DNA of 35,854 bases from Thermoplasmatota archaeon (GCA_030612095.1 JAUWOO010000003.1:1-35854), one strand, 5' to 3'. Shown: positions 1 through 8,595, counted from the stretch's first letter. The notes: generated by a model not told the origin, from the letters alone. Translations and numbers: made by a program.

Positions 1-737
1 GCATTTTTTTCTCCAAACGAAGTTGCATATGTTTTCACCCCAAGTTTACGATCTCCTTCCATATCATGTATTCCTTCTGGAAGATCATGGGCATTATCTG
101 CAAAATAGGTAAAAAGAACAAGAAGAATCATATTTTGAATCCCCCTATCACCTGTTGAAATCGCTCCAAATAAAGGCAACTCAAAGATAAGATCCGTAGA
201 TTGCGGCAGTACTGTCCATACCGCGAGAAAACCAAATATTGCTACAGTAAGCCATTGCATTGGCGTAAATATTTCTGAATATGCAGGTATCTTGATGATT
301 TTTTTTAAATATTTATTATGAAATGCTACAAATGAAGCTGTAGATCCTACAAGTATAAAACACCAGACACTAACAATGATTGCAAAAATGAAAGTCATTG
401 CTGAGAATACCAGCGCCATCGCAAAGAATTTTTTTTTACTTATTATACCGGCTGGTACCGGGCGATCTGGGTGAACAATAGCATCAATATCTGCATCTGT
501 TATGTCATTCCATATAAGTGCTGCAAAGAAACCGGAATACATAGTTAGAATTGTCAGAATTATTATTCTCACTATCTCCAAATCATACGTTTGAATTCCA
601 TATGCTAACATCGGAACGCTGGCATACATTAGAATATAACTCATCAATTCATAAAATGGAAGAGGGCGCCAGTCAGCAAGAAAATTAATCGATTTTTTCA
701 GTACATCGCATTTTCTGTTTCTGGTCTTTTCTACCAT
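1..737 (-). CDS. UbiA-family prenyltransferase (3' end runs off window)
   Basis: Not in ORF track; translated by hand from ATG at 737: MVEKTRNRK...WNDITDADIDAIVHPDRPVPAG...DNAHDLPEGIHDMEGDRKLGVKT. Has both Asp-rich UbiA motifs (NDxxDxxxD followed by RPxPxG; DxxGD) and several hydrophobic helices. Open to the window edge. Confidence 0.88.
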   Translation of the reverse strand, partial: MVEKTRNRKCDVLKKSINFLADWRPLPFYELMSYILMYASVPMLAYGIQTYDLEIVRIIILTILTMYSGFFAALIWNDITDADIDAIVHPDRPVPAGIISKKKFFAMALVFSAMTFIFAIIVSVWCFILVGSTASFVAFHNKYLKKIIKIPAYSEIFTPMQWLTVAIFGFLAVWTVLPQSTDLIFELPLFGAISTGDRGIQNMILLVLFTYFADNAHDLPEGIHDMEGDRKLGVKTYATSFGEKN

Positions 738-846
738 TAATCATCATCTAAAAGTGGTTTTGATAAATGCATTAATTTAAAAACATGTTATTGATATGTG
801 ATTATTAACATTACCGATATTCTATCGAAAAGTGGTGAGATGGAAA

Positions 847-1209
847 ATGAAGAAAATAATGGTTGTAGATAACGAGCCGGATATTGTCGATCTTACTAGA
901 ACAGTTCTGGAGATAGGTGGCTATAATGTTGTACCGGCATACAGTGGAGAGGAATGTCTGAAGAAACTTGACGAAGAAAAAGTAGATCTGATTCTTTTAG
1001 ATATAATGATGCCAGGGATGAGCGGCTGGGACGTATTTAACAGAATTAATAAAAAATCCCCGGAGATCAAGATAGCCTTTATGAGTGTACTTGAAATATC
1101 AGATAAAAGAAAACAAGTGCTCCTGGACGAAGGCCTGGCTGATTATATAATGAAACCTTTTGATAAAGATACCTTGTTGGACAGAGTCGATCATATCCTG
1201 AAGAACTAA
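847..1209 (+). CDS. Stand-alone response regulator receiver (CheY-like)
   Basis: Motifs VVDNE, LLDIMMPGMSG (phospho-Asp), S, KPF; no output domain. ATG at 847 follows a GGTGAG SD (ORF track starts at GTG 832). Confidence 0.92.
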   Translation: MKKIMVVDNEPDIVDLTRTVLEIGGYNVVPAYSGEECLKKLDEEKVDLILLDIMMPGMSGWDVFNRINKKSPEIKIAFMSVLEISDKRKQVLLDEGLADYIMKPFDKDTLLDRVDHILKN

Positions 1210-1250
1210 AGGTAAATTCGGTTTTTGGGTAAGAACTGTATAGCAAATCC

Positions 1251-1258
1251 TTTATAAA
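1251..1258 (+). promoter_or_regulatory. Probable TATA box for the downstream microprotein gene
   Basis: TTTATAAA matches the archaeal TATA consensus and lies about 50 nt upstream of the TTG at 1308. Confidence 0.5.
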
Positions 1259-1307
1259 TGGAACTAGAAAAATTAAAGTAGAACTAGGAAAATCTAGGAG
1301 ATGGCTT

Positions 1308-1433
1308 TTGATCTGTAAGAACTGTAATAGACGATTTGGTATCGATGGTGTCAATTACTGGAGTGTTAAGCTTGGTTTATGTTCAATTTGCAAGCACACA
1401 GAAATTGCTATAGATGCAGAGCATACTTACTAA
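1308..1433 (+). CDS. Putative 41-aa zinc-finger microprotein
   Basis: Below the ORF-track cutoff. TTG..TAA encodes MICKNCNRRFGIDGVNYWSVKLGLCSICKHTEIAIDAEHTY with two CxxC pairs; AGGAG SD at 1296-1300; fills the intergenic gap without overlapping neighbours. Confidence 0.65.
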   Translation: MICKNCNRRFGIDGVNYWSVKLGLCSICKHTEIAIDAEHTY

Positions 1434-1466
1434 AAAGTACATGTAATTTATTCCCCGACTTTGAAT

Positions 1467-2486
1467 CTATACCACATGAATTTTTAGTTTTTCTGCAAAA
1501 TCCTTTACCTGTGTGTATTCCTCCTTTAATATCGATCTTCTTAAATCCACATATTCATAAGCACGATACTCTGACCGATACTGATCCATCAAATTAACAG
1601 CAACCTCGGGAATTTCATTACTAATCCATTCTAAAATATGCTTGGAACAACACATTACATGACTTGGTAAAATAAGATGTCTTACAATTATTTCTCCCTG
1701 ATTATATGCTATTTTATGATTTCTTTTTATTATCTGGATATAGTTGTCAACCTTAGATAATTCTTTGGCGCAATCATCATTACCAAATTTAAAATCAGTA
1801 AGATATACATCGATTATTCCATTCAATAGATTCATAGTTTCTTTTGAACAATACATATTTGAATTCCATATTTGCGGTACATTTACATTCAATTCCTTTA
1901 GGACTTTAAGGATATATGGCAAGTTTGGTGTTGGATCCCCTCCAACCCAGTTGACATTTCGTGCCCCTTCACTTCTTCTTTTACTAATTATGTTTGCAAG
2001 TTTTTCCGGTTCTACATAAAAACCGCTAATTTTCTGACTTATGTCCCAATTTTGGCAAAAAACACATTGAAATGTACAGCCTGAGAAAAAAATTGTATGT
2101 GATGGTATAAGCACTGTTTCTTCCCCAAAATGCAAGAATTCAGATACGATTCTTGCCATCATCACATTGCATTCTCCTGAAGTTTTTTCACGATCAACCA
2201 AACATCTTCTCTCACAGAAACTACAACAGTGAAAAATTCGGTTGGCAATTTCAATTTTAAGATCAATCAGAGAGTGTTCTGGTTCTACACCAGATACATT
2301 CATCTTTTTAAGAGCAGAATCATGTTTTCTCCATAAAGAATCGATTGAATCAGAACTATCAAAAGAAACAGGAATATACTTACACTGAAGGTACCGTGCA
2401 TTTAGATTTCCTTCTAAAATATTAAAGTAGTCCGAGAGGATAAATCTAAGTTCATTCATTTTCAATTTGATATTGAGACAATACAT
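1467..2486 (-). CDS. Radical SAM protein, PflX-like (PFL activase-related)
   Basis: GCTFQCVFCQNWDIS (CxxxCxxC), N-terminal CSFCERRC..GEC Cys cluster, VNWVGGDPTP, WNSNMY, VRHLILP. True start may be at MNELR (2459). Confidence 0.88.
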   Translation of the reverse strand: MYCLNIKLKMNELRFILSDYFNILEGNLNARYLQCKYIPVSFDSSDSIDSLWRKHDSALKKMNVSGVEPEHSLIDLKIEIANRIFHCCSFCERRCLVDREKTSGECNVMMARIVSEFLHFGEETVLIPSHTIFFSGCTFQCVFCQNWDISQKISGFYVEPEKLANIISKRRSEGARNVNWVGGDPTPNLPYILKVLKELNVNVPQIWNSNMYCSKETMNLLNGIIDVYLTDFKFGNDDCAKELSKVDNYIQIIKRNHKIAYNQGEIIVRHLILPSHVMCCSKHILEWISNEIPEVAVNLMDQYRSEYRAYEYVDLRRSILKEEYTQVKDFAEKLKIHVV

Positions 2487-2541
2487 TTAAAAACTATAGG
2501 TATCGTTATAATCACCATATCTAAATAATGGTAAGAATAAT

Positions 2542-3765
2542 ATGATCTGCATAAAAAGATTAGCTGTTGGCGTGCTACTTCTTCTAGTGGTATCGAGTGT
2601 AAGTCAGGCGTATGCACAGCATTCGGTTGGAGGTGAGATTAACCACAATACATGCCAAGAGAATTATACAAGTGCAGTAGAAGATATCGATAGAATTGTT
2701 TTATTTATGTTGAAGTTAGGTCATATGCCATCACTAGCTGTAAACATTGTGAAAAAAAACGAAGTCGTTTTAACAAAGATGTATGGAGAGGCTATAGAAG
2801 GATCAGGAATTCCACCAACAAAAGACACTGTATATCTTGCAGGATCAATATCAAAGTCAATTACAGGAACGGCAGTTATGCAACTATGGGAACAGGGAAT
2901 GTTTGATTTGGATGATGATGTGAACGGATACTTACCGTTTTCATTGAGAAACCCGCATTTTCCCGATACGCCGATTACATTTAGAATGTTACTTGCTCAT
3001 GCATCTGGTCTTGCAAATGTACAATGGCGTCTGTTTTTGTACTTTTCATTGTTGAATCGCTCCGTGGAACGACTAGGAGATTATCTGACACCGGGCAATC
3101 CTTTGTATCGGCCGAGTAATTGGTGTGATTTCTCACCAGGTAGCGGCAGTTATTATTCATCAGTTGGATATGAACTACTTAGTATACTCATTGAGAGACT
3201 GTCTGGAATGTCATTCGTTGATTATTGTCGTAAATATATATTCGAGCCATTGAAGATGAACAACTCCAGTTTTGTTCTAAAGGATATTGAGGATGCGAAA
3301 TCTGCAGGATTCTATGCATGGTTGCTAGGGACATATGTTAGACTTCCCCACTATGAAAATCATAACGCAGCAGCTGGTGGTTTGCAAACAACGGCAGAAG
3401 ATCTTTCGCATTTTTTAATCATGCATATGAATGATGGCAAGTATGATGGAGTGCGTGTTTTGAAGGAAGACACTGTTAGATTGATGCATTCGATTCAGTA
3501 TGACAATATTCCAATTAAAGATCTTAAAAGAGATGGTAGAGGGTATGGTTTAGGCTGGATTGTATGGCCAGAAGATGAATCTGATCTTTCTACAGCAATG
3601 CAGGGTCACTTCGGGAATGTACCTGGAGGAATTACCTCAATGACATATCGGAATGATACAGGCGTGGTGTTGTTAAGTAATCAATGGTTACTTGCGAGAC
3701 CTTTGCAGCTTAGGGCTATGAGATACTTACGAAACTTGTTTTTTGATTTTGGTGACTCTCTATAA
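2542..3765 (+). CDS. Secreted serine hydrolase, beta-lactamase class C/AmpC-like family
   Basis: N-terminal signal peptide; GSISK (SxxK), LLAHASG, YSS (YxN equivalent), IFEPLKM, YGLGW, GHFG. Confidence 0.9.
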   Translation: MICIKRLAVGVLLLLVVSSVSQAYAQHSVGGEINHNTCQENYTSAVEDIDRIVLFMLKLGHMPSLAVNIVKKNEVVLTKMYGEAIEGSGIPPTKDTVYLAGSISKSITGTAVMQLWEQGMFDLDDDVNGYLPFSLRNPHFPDTPITFRMLLAHASGLANVQWRLFLYFSLLNRSVERLGDYLTPGNPLYRPSNWCDFSPGSGSYYSSVGYELLSILIERLSGMSFVDYCRKYIFEPLKMNNSSFVLKDIEDAKSAGFYAWLLGTYVRLPHYENHNAAAGGLQTTAEDLSHFLIMHMNDGKYDGVRVLKEDTVRLMHSIQYDNIPIKDLKRDGRGYGLGWIVWPEDESDLSTAMQGHFGNVPGGITSMTYRNDTGVVLLSNQWLLARPLQLRAMRYLRNLFFDFGDSL

Positions 3766-4085
3766 TTTTACTTCAGCTAGATTTGCTCTCGCTTCAAGAT
3801 GGCATTTTCTAGATTTGTATCCCTTAAAATTCTCCGTTCAAAATGGATATCTGGCAAACCAGCCGCTCTAAAACGTTAACTCGTTGTACCCATAACATCC
3901 AGATGTATATCATATGAAAGTGTTTTTTTAATTTATAGAAATCTTTTCTATATGTAACAGAGTTCAATCTAATCTTAGCGTTGGATTATGCACTTTGAAA
4001 AACAAAAATAATCTAAGGATTTTAGTCTTTATTGTTGGAGTCACCGAAGGGCTCTATAATAAAAGTATAGGTTAGTAACTAATTC

Positions 4086-4137
4086 ATCATCACGGCCTCT
4101 CGAGCCGTATACTCGTGTTCAAATCCCGACGGGAGCA
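4086..4137 (+). pseudogene. Truncated, degenerate tRNA-Glu(CTC), 3' portion only
   Basis: Anticodon arm ACGGC-CTCTCGA-GCCGT, T arm TCGTG-TTCAAAT-CCCGA (one mismatch), 3' acceptor strand CGGGAGC plus A. No complementary GCTCCCG and no D arm upstream. Confidence 0.8.
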
Positions 4138-4354
4138 CTAAATCATTTTCAATACTTTAAATATTATTAATTTCTGCAAATATTAAAAGAGCATTTAACC
4201 CATTGCACAATGATTTTACAATATGAAATAATTTTGTCACTTGCTGATTATGATGTTAATAGGCGCATACCAAAATTGATGTTTTAGAGGTTCAAAGCCG
4301 CACATTAAAAAATGCACCATATGTTACATTTAACAGGAGGAAAATCCTTATGCA

Positions 4355-4427
4355 AGCCGCCGAAGGGAGTTGAACCCCTGACCTGCTGATTACGAATCAG
4401 CCGCTCCACCAGCTAAGCTACGGCGGC
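4355..4427 (-). tRNA. tRNA-Thr(CGT)
   Basis: Reverse complement GCCGCCGTAGCTTAGCTGGTGGAGCGGCTGATTCGTAATCAGCAGGTCAGGGGTTCAACTCCCTTCGGCGGCT folds into a full cloverleaf; anticodon CGT; no intron; CCA not encoded. Confidence 0.97.
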
Positions 4428-4519
4428 ATTTTAAGGGTTGAATATGGTTCACCAATAAAAAATTGCCTGTTGTTTTACTTCCGCAATCTCTTTTTATGTG
4501 TATCCAATACAATGTTTGA

Positions 4520-5176
4520 ATGATTTGTGGTGTGGATGAAGCCGGCCGAGGTCCAGTTGTTGGTCCGTTAGTAATCGCTGGAGTTACCTTTGAAAATGAT
4601 TTGGAATTAATAGAAAATAATGTGCGCGATTCAAAAAAAATTACACCTAAAAGAAGAGAAATACTATCTAAAAGAATAAAAGAATCGGCAGTAAACTATG
4701 AGATAATTCTCATTTCTGCATCAGATATTGACCATATGCGGAAAGTTATGACGCTAAATGAAATAGAAGTGAACGCTTTTAGCAAGATCATAGAAAAACT
4801 AAAACCAGATATTTGCTACGTCGATGCTGCTGATGTAAATAATGAACGATTTGGTAAGAACATTCTATCTAGACTCTCATTCAAACCAGAGATCATATCT
4901 AAGCACAAGGCAGATGATATCTATCCCATAGTTGGAGCCGCTTCTATTTTGGCGAAAACTAGGAGAGATGAAGAAGTTCAGATGATATCGCAGGAATTGA
5001 AAAAGAAACTGGATATGTCCCTTGGTAGCGGCTATCCTGCAGATCCTGTTACGCAGAAATTTCTCAGAAAATGGGTAAAAACGTTTGGAAAGCTGCCACC
5101 CCATACCAGACATTCTTGGAAAACAGCACAAAATTTATTGAAGGAAAGCAAAATCAAAAAGTTAGACGAATTTTAA
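4520..5176 (+). CDS. rnhB: Ribonuclease HII (archaeal type)
   Basis: GVDEAGRGPVVGP, DSKK, HKADD, AASILAK, GSGYPADP. Confidence 0.97.
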   Translation: MICGVDEAGRGPVVGPLVIAGVTFENDLELIENNVRDSKKITPKRREILSKRIKESAVNYEIILISASDIDHMRKVMTLNEIEVNAFSKIIEKLKPDICYVDAADVNNERFGKNILSRLSFKPEIISKHKADDIYPIVGAASILAKTRRDEEVQMISQELKKKLDMSLGSGYPADPVTQKFLRKWVKTFGKLPPHTRHSWKTAQNLLKESKIKKLDEF

Positions 5177-5455
5177 TTTATGTGGCAGATATGCCAGCAT
5201 CCCCTACGGGCTGGCAAGTCCTCCTCATTTATCGTCTTATTAATTCTATAGATGTTGATTTTGATATATATACGTAAAATAAGGGTCAATGAAACTATTC
5301 AATTCGGTTGTTTGGTTTTCAGAAGCTCATAAGATTGTGGTTATTAACATTACATATATTTTAATATATCTTTTTATATGCTTTTACAACTTACTATGCA
5401 GGGATAAAATATACAAAGAAATATGTAAAAATATATACAAATATATCTGTTAGGT

Positions 5456-5854
5456 TTAATCGACCCTTTTAGATAAGCACATAAGACAATTATTTACACT
5501 TGATATTAATTTCTCCGGATCGAGAGGTTTAGACAAGTAATCACGTATATATGACCCAAATCCAATCATCTTTTTATGATTTCTTGTTCCTTTTCCAGTA
5601 ATGATTTCAATTTCTATATTTCTTGTTAATCCCCTGTTAACAATCTTTTTTATCGTATCCCATCCATCCATTTTTGGCATCATGATATCCATAAGTACTA
5701 CTCCTCTGAAGCCTTTTTCCAATTCATTAACACATTTGGCTCCACCATCTACTGTGATTACTTCATAACCTTGACGTTCGAATAGAGTTCTCAAAGAGAA
5801 TAATATATCTTGTTCGTCATCAACAATCATTACCTTTTTATCCATTTGTTTCAC
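5456..5854 (-). CDS. Stand-alone response regulator receiver
   Basis: IVDDE, LMDIMMPKMDG, TG, KP; GTG start preceded by GGAGGT; no output domain. Confidence 0.92.
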   Translation of the reverse strand: MKQMDKKVMIVDDEQDILFSLRTLFERQGYEVITVDGGAKCVNELEKGFRGVVLMDIMMPKMDGWDTIKKIVNRGLTRNIEIEIITGKGTRNHKKMIGFGSYIRDYLSKPLDPEKLISSVNNCLMCLSKRVD

Positions 5855-5998
5855 ACCTCCAATCTCATAGGAGCATATCGCACCATGTCACTGTTTATCA
5901 CTAATGATATATAAAGCTAACCTGCTAAAACGCCAATATGTAAAACTGAATGTTTTAACGTAAATCTATTTTCGATTTAAAAGAAGAGTTTCACTTTG

Positions 5999-6081
5999 AA
6001 AAACAAAAAAATTGGAAGAGGCAGTAAGACTCACTCTCTTTTACAAGGGTCAAGTATATCTTACTGAACTCTAGTTTCAAT
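5999..6081 (-). terminator. Long hairpin plus oligo-T tract downstream of serC
   Basis: CAGTAAGA (6022-6029) pairs with TCTTACTG (6059-6066), with further pairing on each side; followed on the minus strand by TTTTTTTGTTTTT. Confidence 0.55.
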
Positions 6082-6093
6082 CCATTGGTTTTC

Positions 6094-7179
6094 TCACTGG
6101 TTATTCTCTTGGAATTCCTTCATGAATTCGACAAGTGTCTGTACACCCTCTACAGGCATGGCGTTGTAGATAGAAGCCCTCATACCACCTATGGATCTGT
6201 GACCTTTGAGACCTACAAGATCCCTTGCCAATCCTTCTGCAACGCACTTTGTTTCCAGTTCAGGGGTTGGCAGATTGAATGTCACATTCATCAGTGATCT
6301 AGAATCTTTCTTAGCATGCCCTTTGTAAAAACCATTAGAATTATCTATTACATCATAGAGTATTTTGGCCTTTTTTCTGTTTATTTTCTCCATAGCGGAA
6401 ACGCCGCCAAGCTCTTTCAGGTGTTCAAGAGATAGCTTACACATATAAATTGCCCAACATGGACCTGTATTGAATAGAGAATCCTTTTCTGCATGAGTCT
6501 TCCATTTCTGCATGGTTGGCGTGTTCTCAGGCACCCTTTCCAGAAGATCATCACGTACTATTACTAAAGTAACTCCTGCAGGCCCCATGTTCTTTTGGGC
6601 ACCGGCATAAATGACACCAAACTTCTTTGAATCAATGACACTGTCCATTATATGAGAAGACATATCACAGACCAGGGGAATATCACTTGACACTTTTGGC
6701 CATTCATGATATTCAGTTCCGTATATGGTGTTATTCCCCGTGATATGGGCAAATGCCGTATTGCCACTAAACTCTATATCCTTTGGAATATAGGAAAATG
6801 TTTCATCCTCGGAACTGGCAACCACTTTCACGTCACCATAGAACTTTCCTTCCTTGATGGCTTTCTTTGACCAAACGCCAGTGTTCACATACTCCATTGG
6901 TTTTTTCCCCACCCGGAGATTCAATGGAACCATATAAAATTGAGATGATGCACCACCCTGTAGCCACATGATTTTGTAGTCATCTGGAATTCCCATGAGT
7001 TCCCTAACTAAACTTGAGGCTCCCGTGTGCATTTTCGCATATTCCTTGGACCTATGAGAAAGCTCCATAAGAGACATTCCTGTGCCATCAAAATTCAAAA
7101 GATCTTTCTGTGCTTTCTCCAGAACTGGAAGTGGCAATGTTGCTGGACCTGCATAAAAATTGTAAACGCGTTTTACCAT
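6094..7179 (-). CDS. serC: Phosphoserine aminotransferase (bacterial-type SerC)
   Basis: YNFYAGPA, ELSHRS, LQGGAS, NNTIYGTE, DMSS, YAGAQKNMGPAG (PLP Lys), GHRSIGGMRASIYNA. Start trimmed to the ATG at 7179, which follows an AGGTGA SD. Confidence 0.96.
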   Translation of the reverse strand: MVKRVYNFYAGPATLPLPVLEKAQKDLLNFDGTGMSLMELSHRSKEYAKMHTGASSLVRELMGIPDDYKIMWLQGGASSQFYMVPLNLRVGKKPMEYVNTGVWSKKAIKEGKFYGDVKVVASSEDETFSYIPKDIEFSGNTAFAHITGNNTIYGTEYHEWPKVSSDIPLVCDMSSHIMDSVIDSKKFGVIYAGAQKNMGPAGVTLVIVRDDLLERVPENTPTMQKWKTHAEKDSLFNTGPCWAIYMCKLSLEHLKELGGVSAMEKINRKKAKILYDVIDNSNGFYKGHAKKDSRSLMNVTFNLPTPELETKCVAEGLARDLVGLKGHRSIGGMRASIYNAMPVEGVQTLVEFMKEFQENNQ

Positions 7180-7314
7180 AATAATCACCTTTCTGTTGAA
7201 GCAGTGAATATACAAAAGGGATTTAAAGGATTCGGAGGGGAACTTTTTGGTAACAGTTGTACAACAAGCCCTTTATAACTAAAACAACAAAAAAGATGTC
7301 GTGAGGAAAAAGGC

Positions 7315-7665
7315 ATGAAGAGATTATTTGTAAAGGCATTAAAAAACAAATTTAATATGGCAAAGGAAGACGCGATCGAGCTTGCCAAAACTGTTGAAGG
7401 TATTTTTAATGGTGAAAAAGAAATCGAGGATATGACAATCGACAAGTATGCAAGATCACTGTTTTACGAATTGCAAAGAGAACGACTACTCAAACTCCGA
7501 AGAGACGAGTATAAAGAAGAGGGAAAATATATCCGTAAATATTATTGGTCTTTCAATAACGACACAATAAAAGAAGCGGCATATGAAAAATATAAAGAAG
7601 AAAAATACCAAATATATCAAAAAATACCGAAAAACGCATGGGTAACTCGCACTTACTGTAACTAA
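7315..7665 (+). CDS. Conserved hypothetical protein, possible winged-helix fold (resembles DUF6015-like proteins)
   Basis: GAGG SD and upstream CTTTATAA box; RSLFYELQRERLL...YIRKYYW resembles a wHTH wing. Family assignment is from memory and unverified. Confidence 0.6.
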   Translation: MKRLFVKALKNKFNMAKEDAIELAKTVEGIFNGEKEIEDMTIDKYARSLFYELQRERLLKLRRDEYKEEGKYIRKYYWSFNNDTIKEAAYEKYKEEKYQIYQKIPKNAWVTRTYCN

Positions 7666-7958
7666 TTATTCATAGTAGGTGGATCAAGAAGCATCTTATA
7701 CTGGTGAAAATCTCGGATATTCTTTTCTTTTTCGTTTCTCCCATTTATGTCTCGCCGTGTACTTACCAAAAGTTTGCGAAGGAAAACAATGCTTATAAAA
7801 AAACTTAAAAACGCCAGTACCAGAGCAAATTGACAGGAGACTTCCCTAAAAACCAAATCAATATCGACTAGCATATTGAAAACAAACCAAGACATGGATA
7901 ACACTGCAAGTAAAAGAGAAAATGTAAATACCTTGGCAAGTGTTTTTTTATCAGTCAT
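7662..7958 (-). CDS. Small hypothetical membrane protein (two TM helices)
   Basis: Two hydrophobic stretches then a charged tail; starts 7 nt after the taw3 stop. Confidence 0.6.
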   Translation of the reverse strand: MTDKKTLAKVFTFSLLLAVLSMSWFVFNMLVDIDLVFREVSCQFALVLAFLSFFISIVFLRKLLVSTRRDINGRNEKEKNIRDFHQYKMLLDPPTMNN

Positions 7959-7965
7959 TTTACCC

Positions 7966-8574
7966 TTATTGTTGGGTTGTTTTGCGGGTACTTAAGTATT
8001 CCTCTAGTTTTTCTTCAAATCTATGTAATTTAAGACTTGATCGATCCATGATCTCGTTTGCAATATTTACCAGAAGATTAAGATACTCTTCATTGCAAAA
8101 CAATTTGCCATCCTTTCCAATGGGTGAATCAAGACGCTCCGTGCTACAAATCTCAACAATAATTTTACGGCCAGTAGATTTCACTCCAGAGTTTTTAAAC
8201 CCGCAAGAAATTGCAGTTTTCAACAAATTGTCTGTGGCATCGTGTGTATTTGCACCTATATGCAGTATGGGCGATTGCGCAAGTAACCAAAGCATTCCAG
8301 TCTTTGCCTTTTTTGCCGCTCCACCTATTTCGTCAGGTTCTATTTTCCTATGCCATTTCCCCAAAAATTCTGCGCCTTTTTTATCACCGAGCCGAGGTAA
8401 TTCAATTAGAACAATTCTTCCAGCACAGCTACTAGAAGTGTAATAGTCATCAGACTCATTTATTATATCCAGTATTGCTTTAATTCCCTCATCTACCTTG
8501 TTTTCACTTTTGGCTTTTTCCAATGAATTAAGCGCTTTTTCTTTCGCATCTAAAAATTCTTTTTCCTTGGACAT
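7966..8574 (-). CDS. taw3: tRNA wyosine-derivative methyltransferase Taw3/TYW3
   Basis: VDEGI..IN..DYYTSSSCAGRI, KWH, PILHI, GFKNSG, STERLDSPI. Confidence 0.93.
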   Translation of the reverse strand: MSKEKEFLDAKEKALNSLEKAKSENKVDEGIKAILDIINESDDYYTSSSCAGRIVLIELPRLGDKKGAEFLGKWHRKIEPDEIGGAAKKAKTGMLWLLAQSPILHIGANTHDATDNLLKTAISCGFKNSGVKSTGRKIIVEICSTERLDSPIGKDGKLFCNEEYLNLLVNIANEIMDRSSLKLHRFEEKLEEYLSTRKTTQQ

Positions 8575-8595
8575 GCTAATCTTACCATATTTTGC

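Noticed and set aside
3770-3990. Short open stretches on both strands after the hydrolase gene (e.g. RFRAAGLPDIHFERRILRD on the minus strand)
   Set aside because: Short or interrupted by stops, with no recognisable family; a pseudogene call would need BLASTx.
4285-4302. GAGGTTCAAAGCC, resembling a tRNA T loop
   Set aside because: No supporting stems or anticodon arm.
5181-5228. C/D-box sRNA or known riboswitch reading of the GC-rich element
   Set aside because: No CTGA D box and no riboswitch consensus that I recognise.
5071-5277. 68-aa ORF overlapping the 3' end of rnhB
   Set aside because: Half of it lies out of frame inside rnhB, and it has no SD or motif.
6011-6081. SECIS-like reading of the serC 3' hairpin
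   Set aside because: serC has no in-frame TGA needing recoding, and no selenocysteine machinery is in the window.
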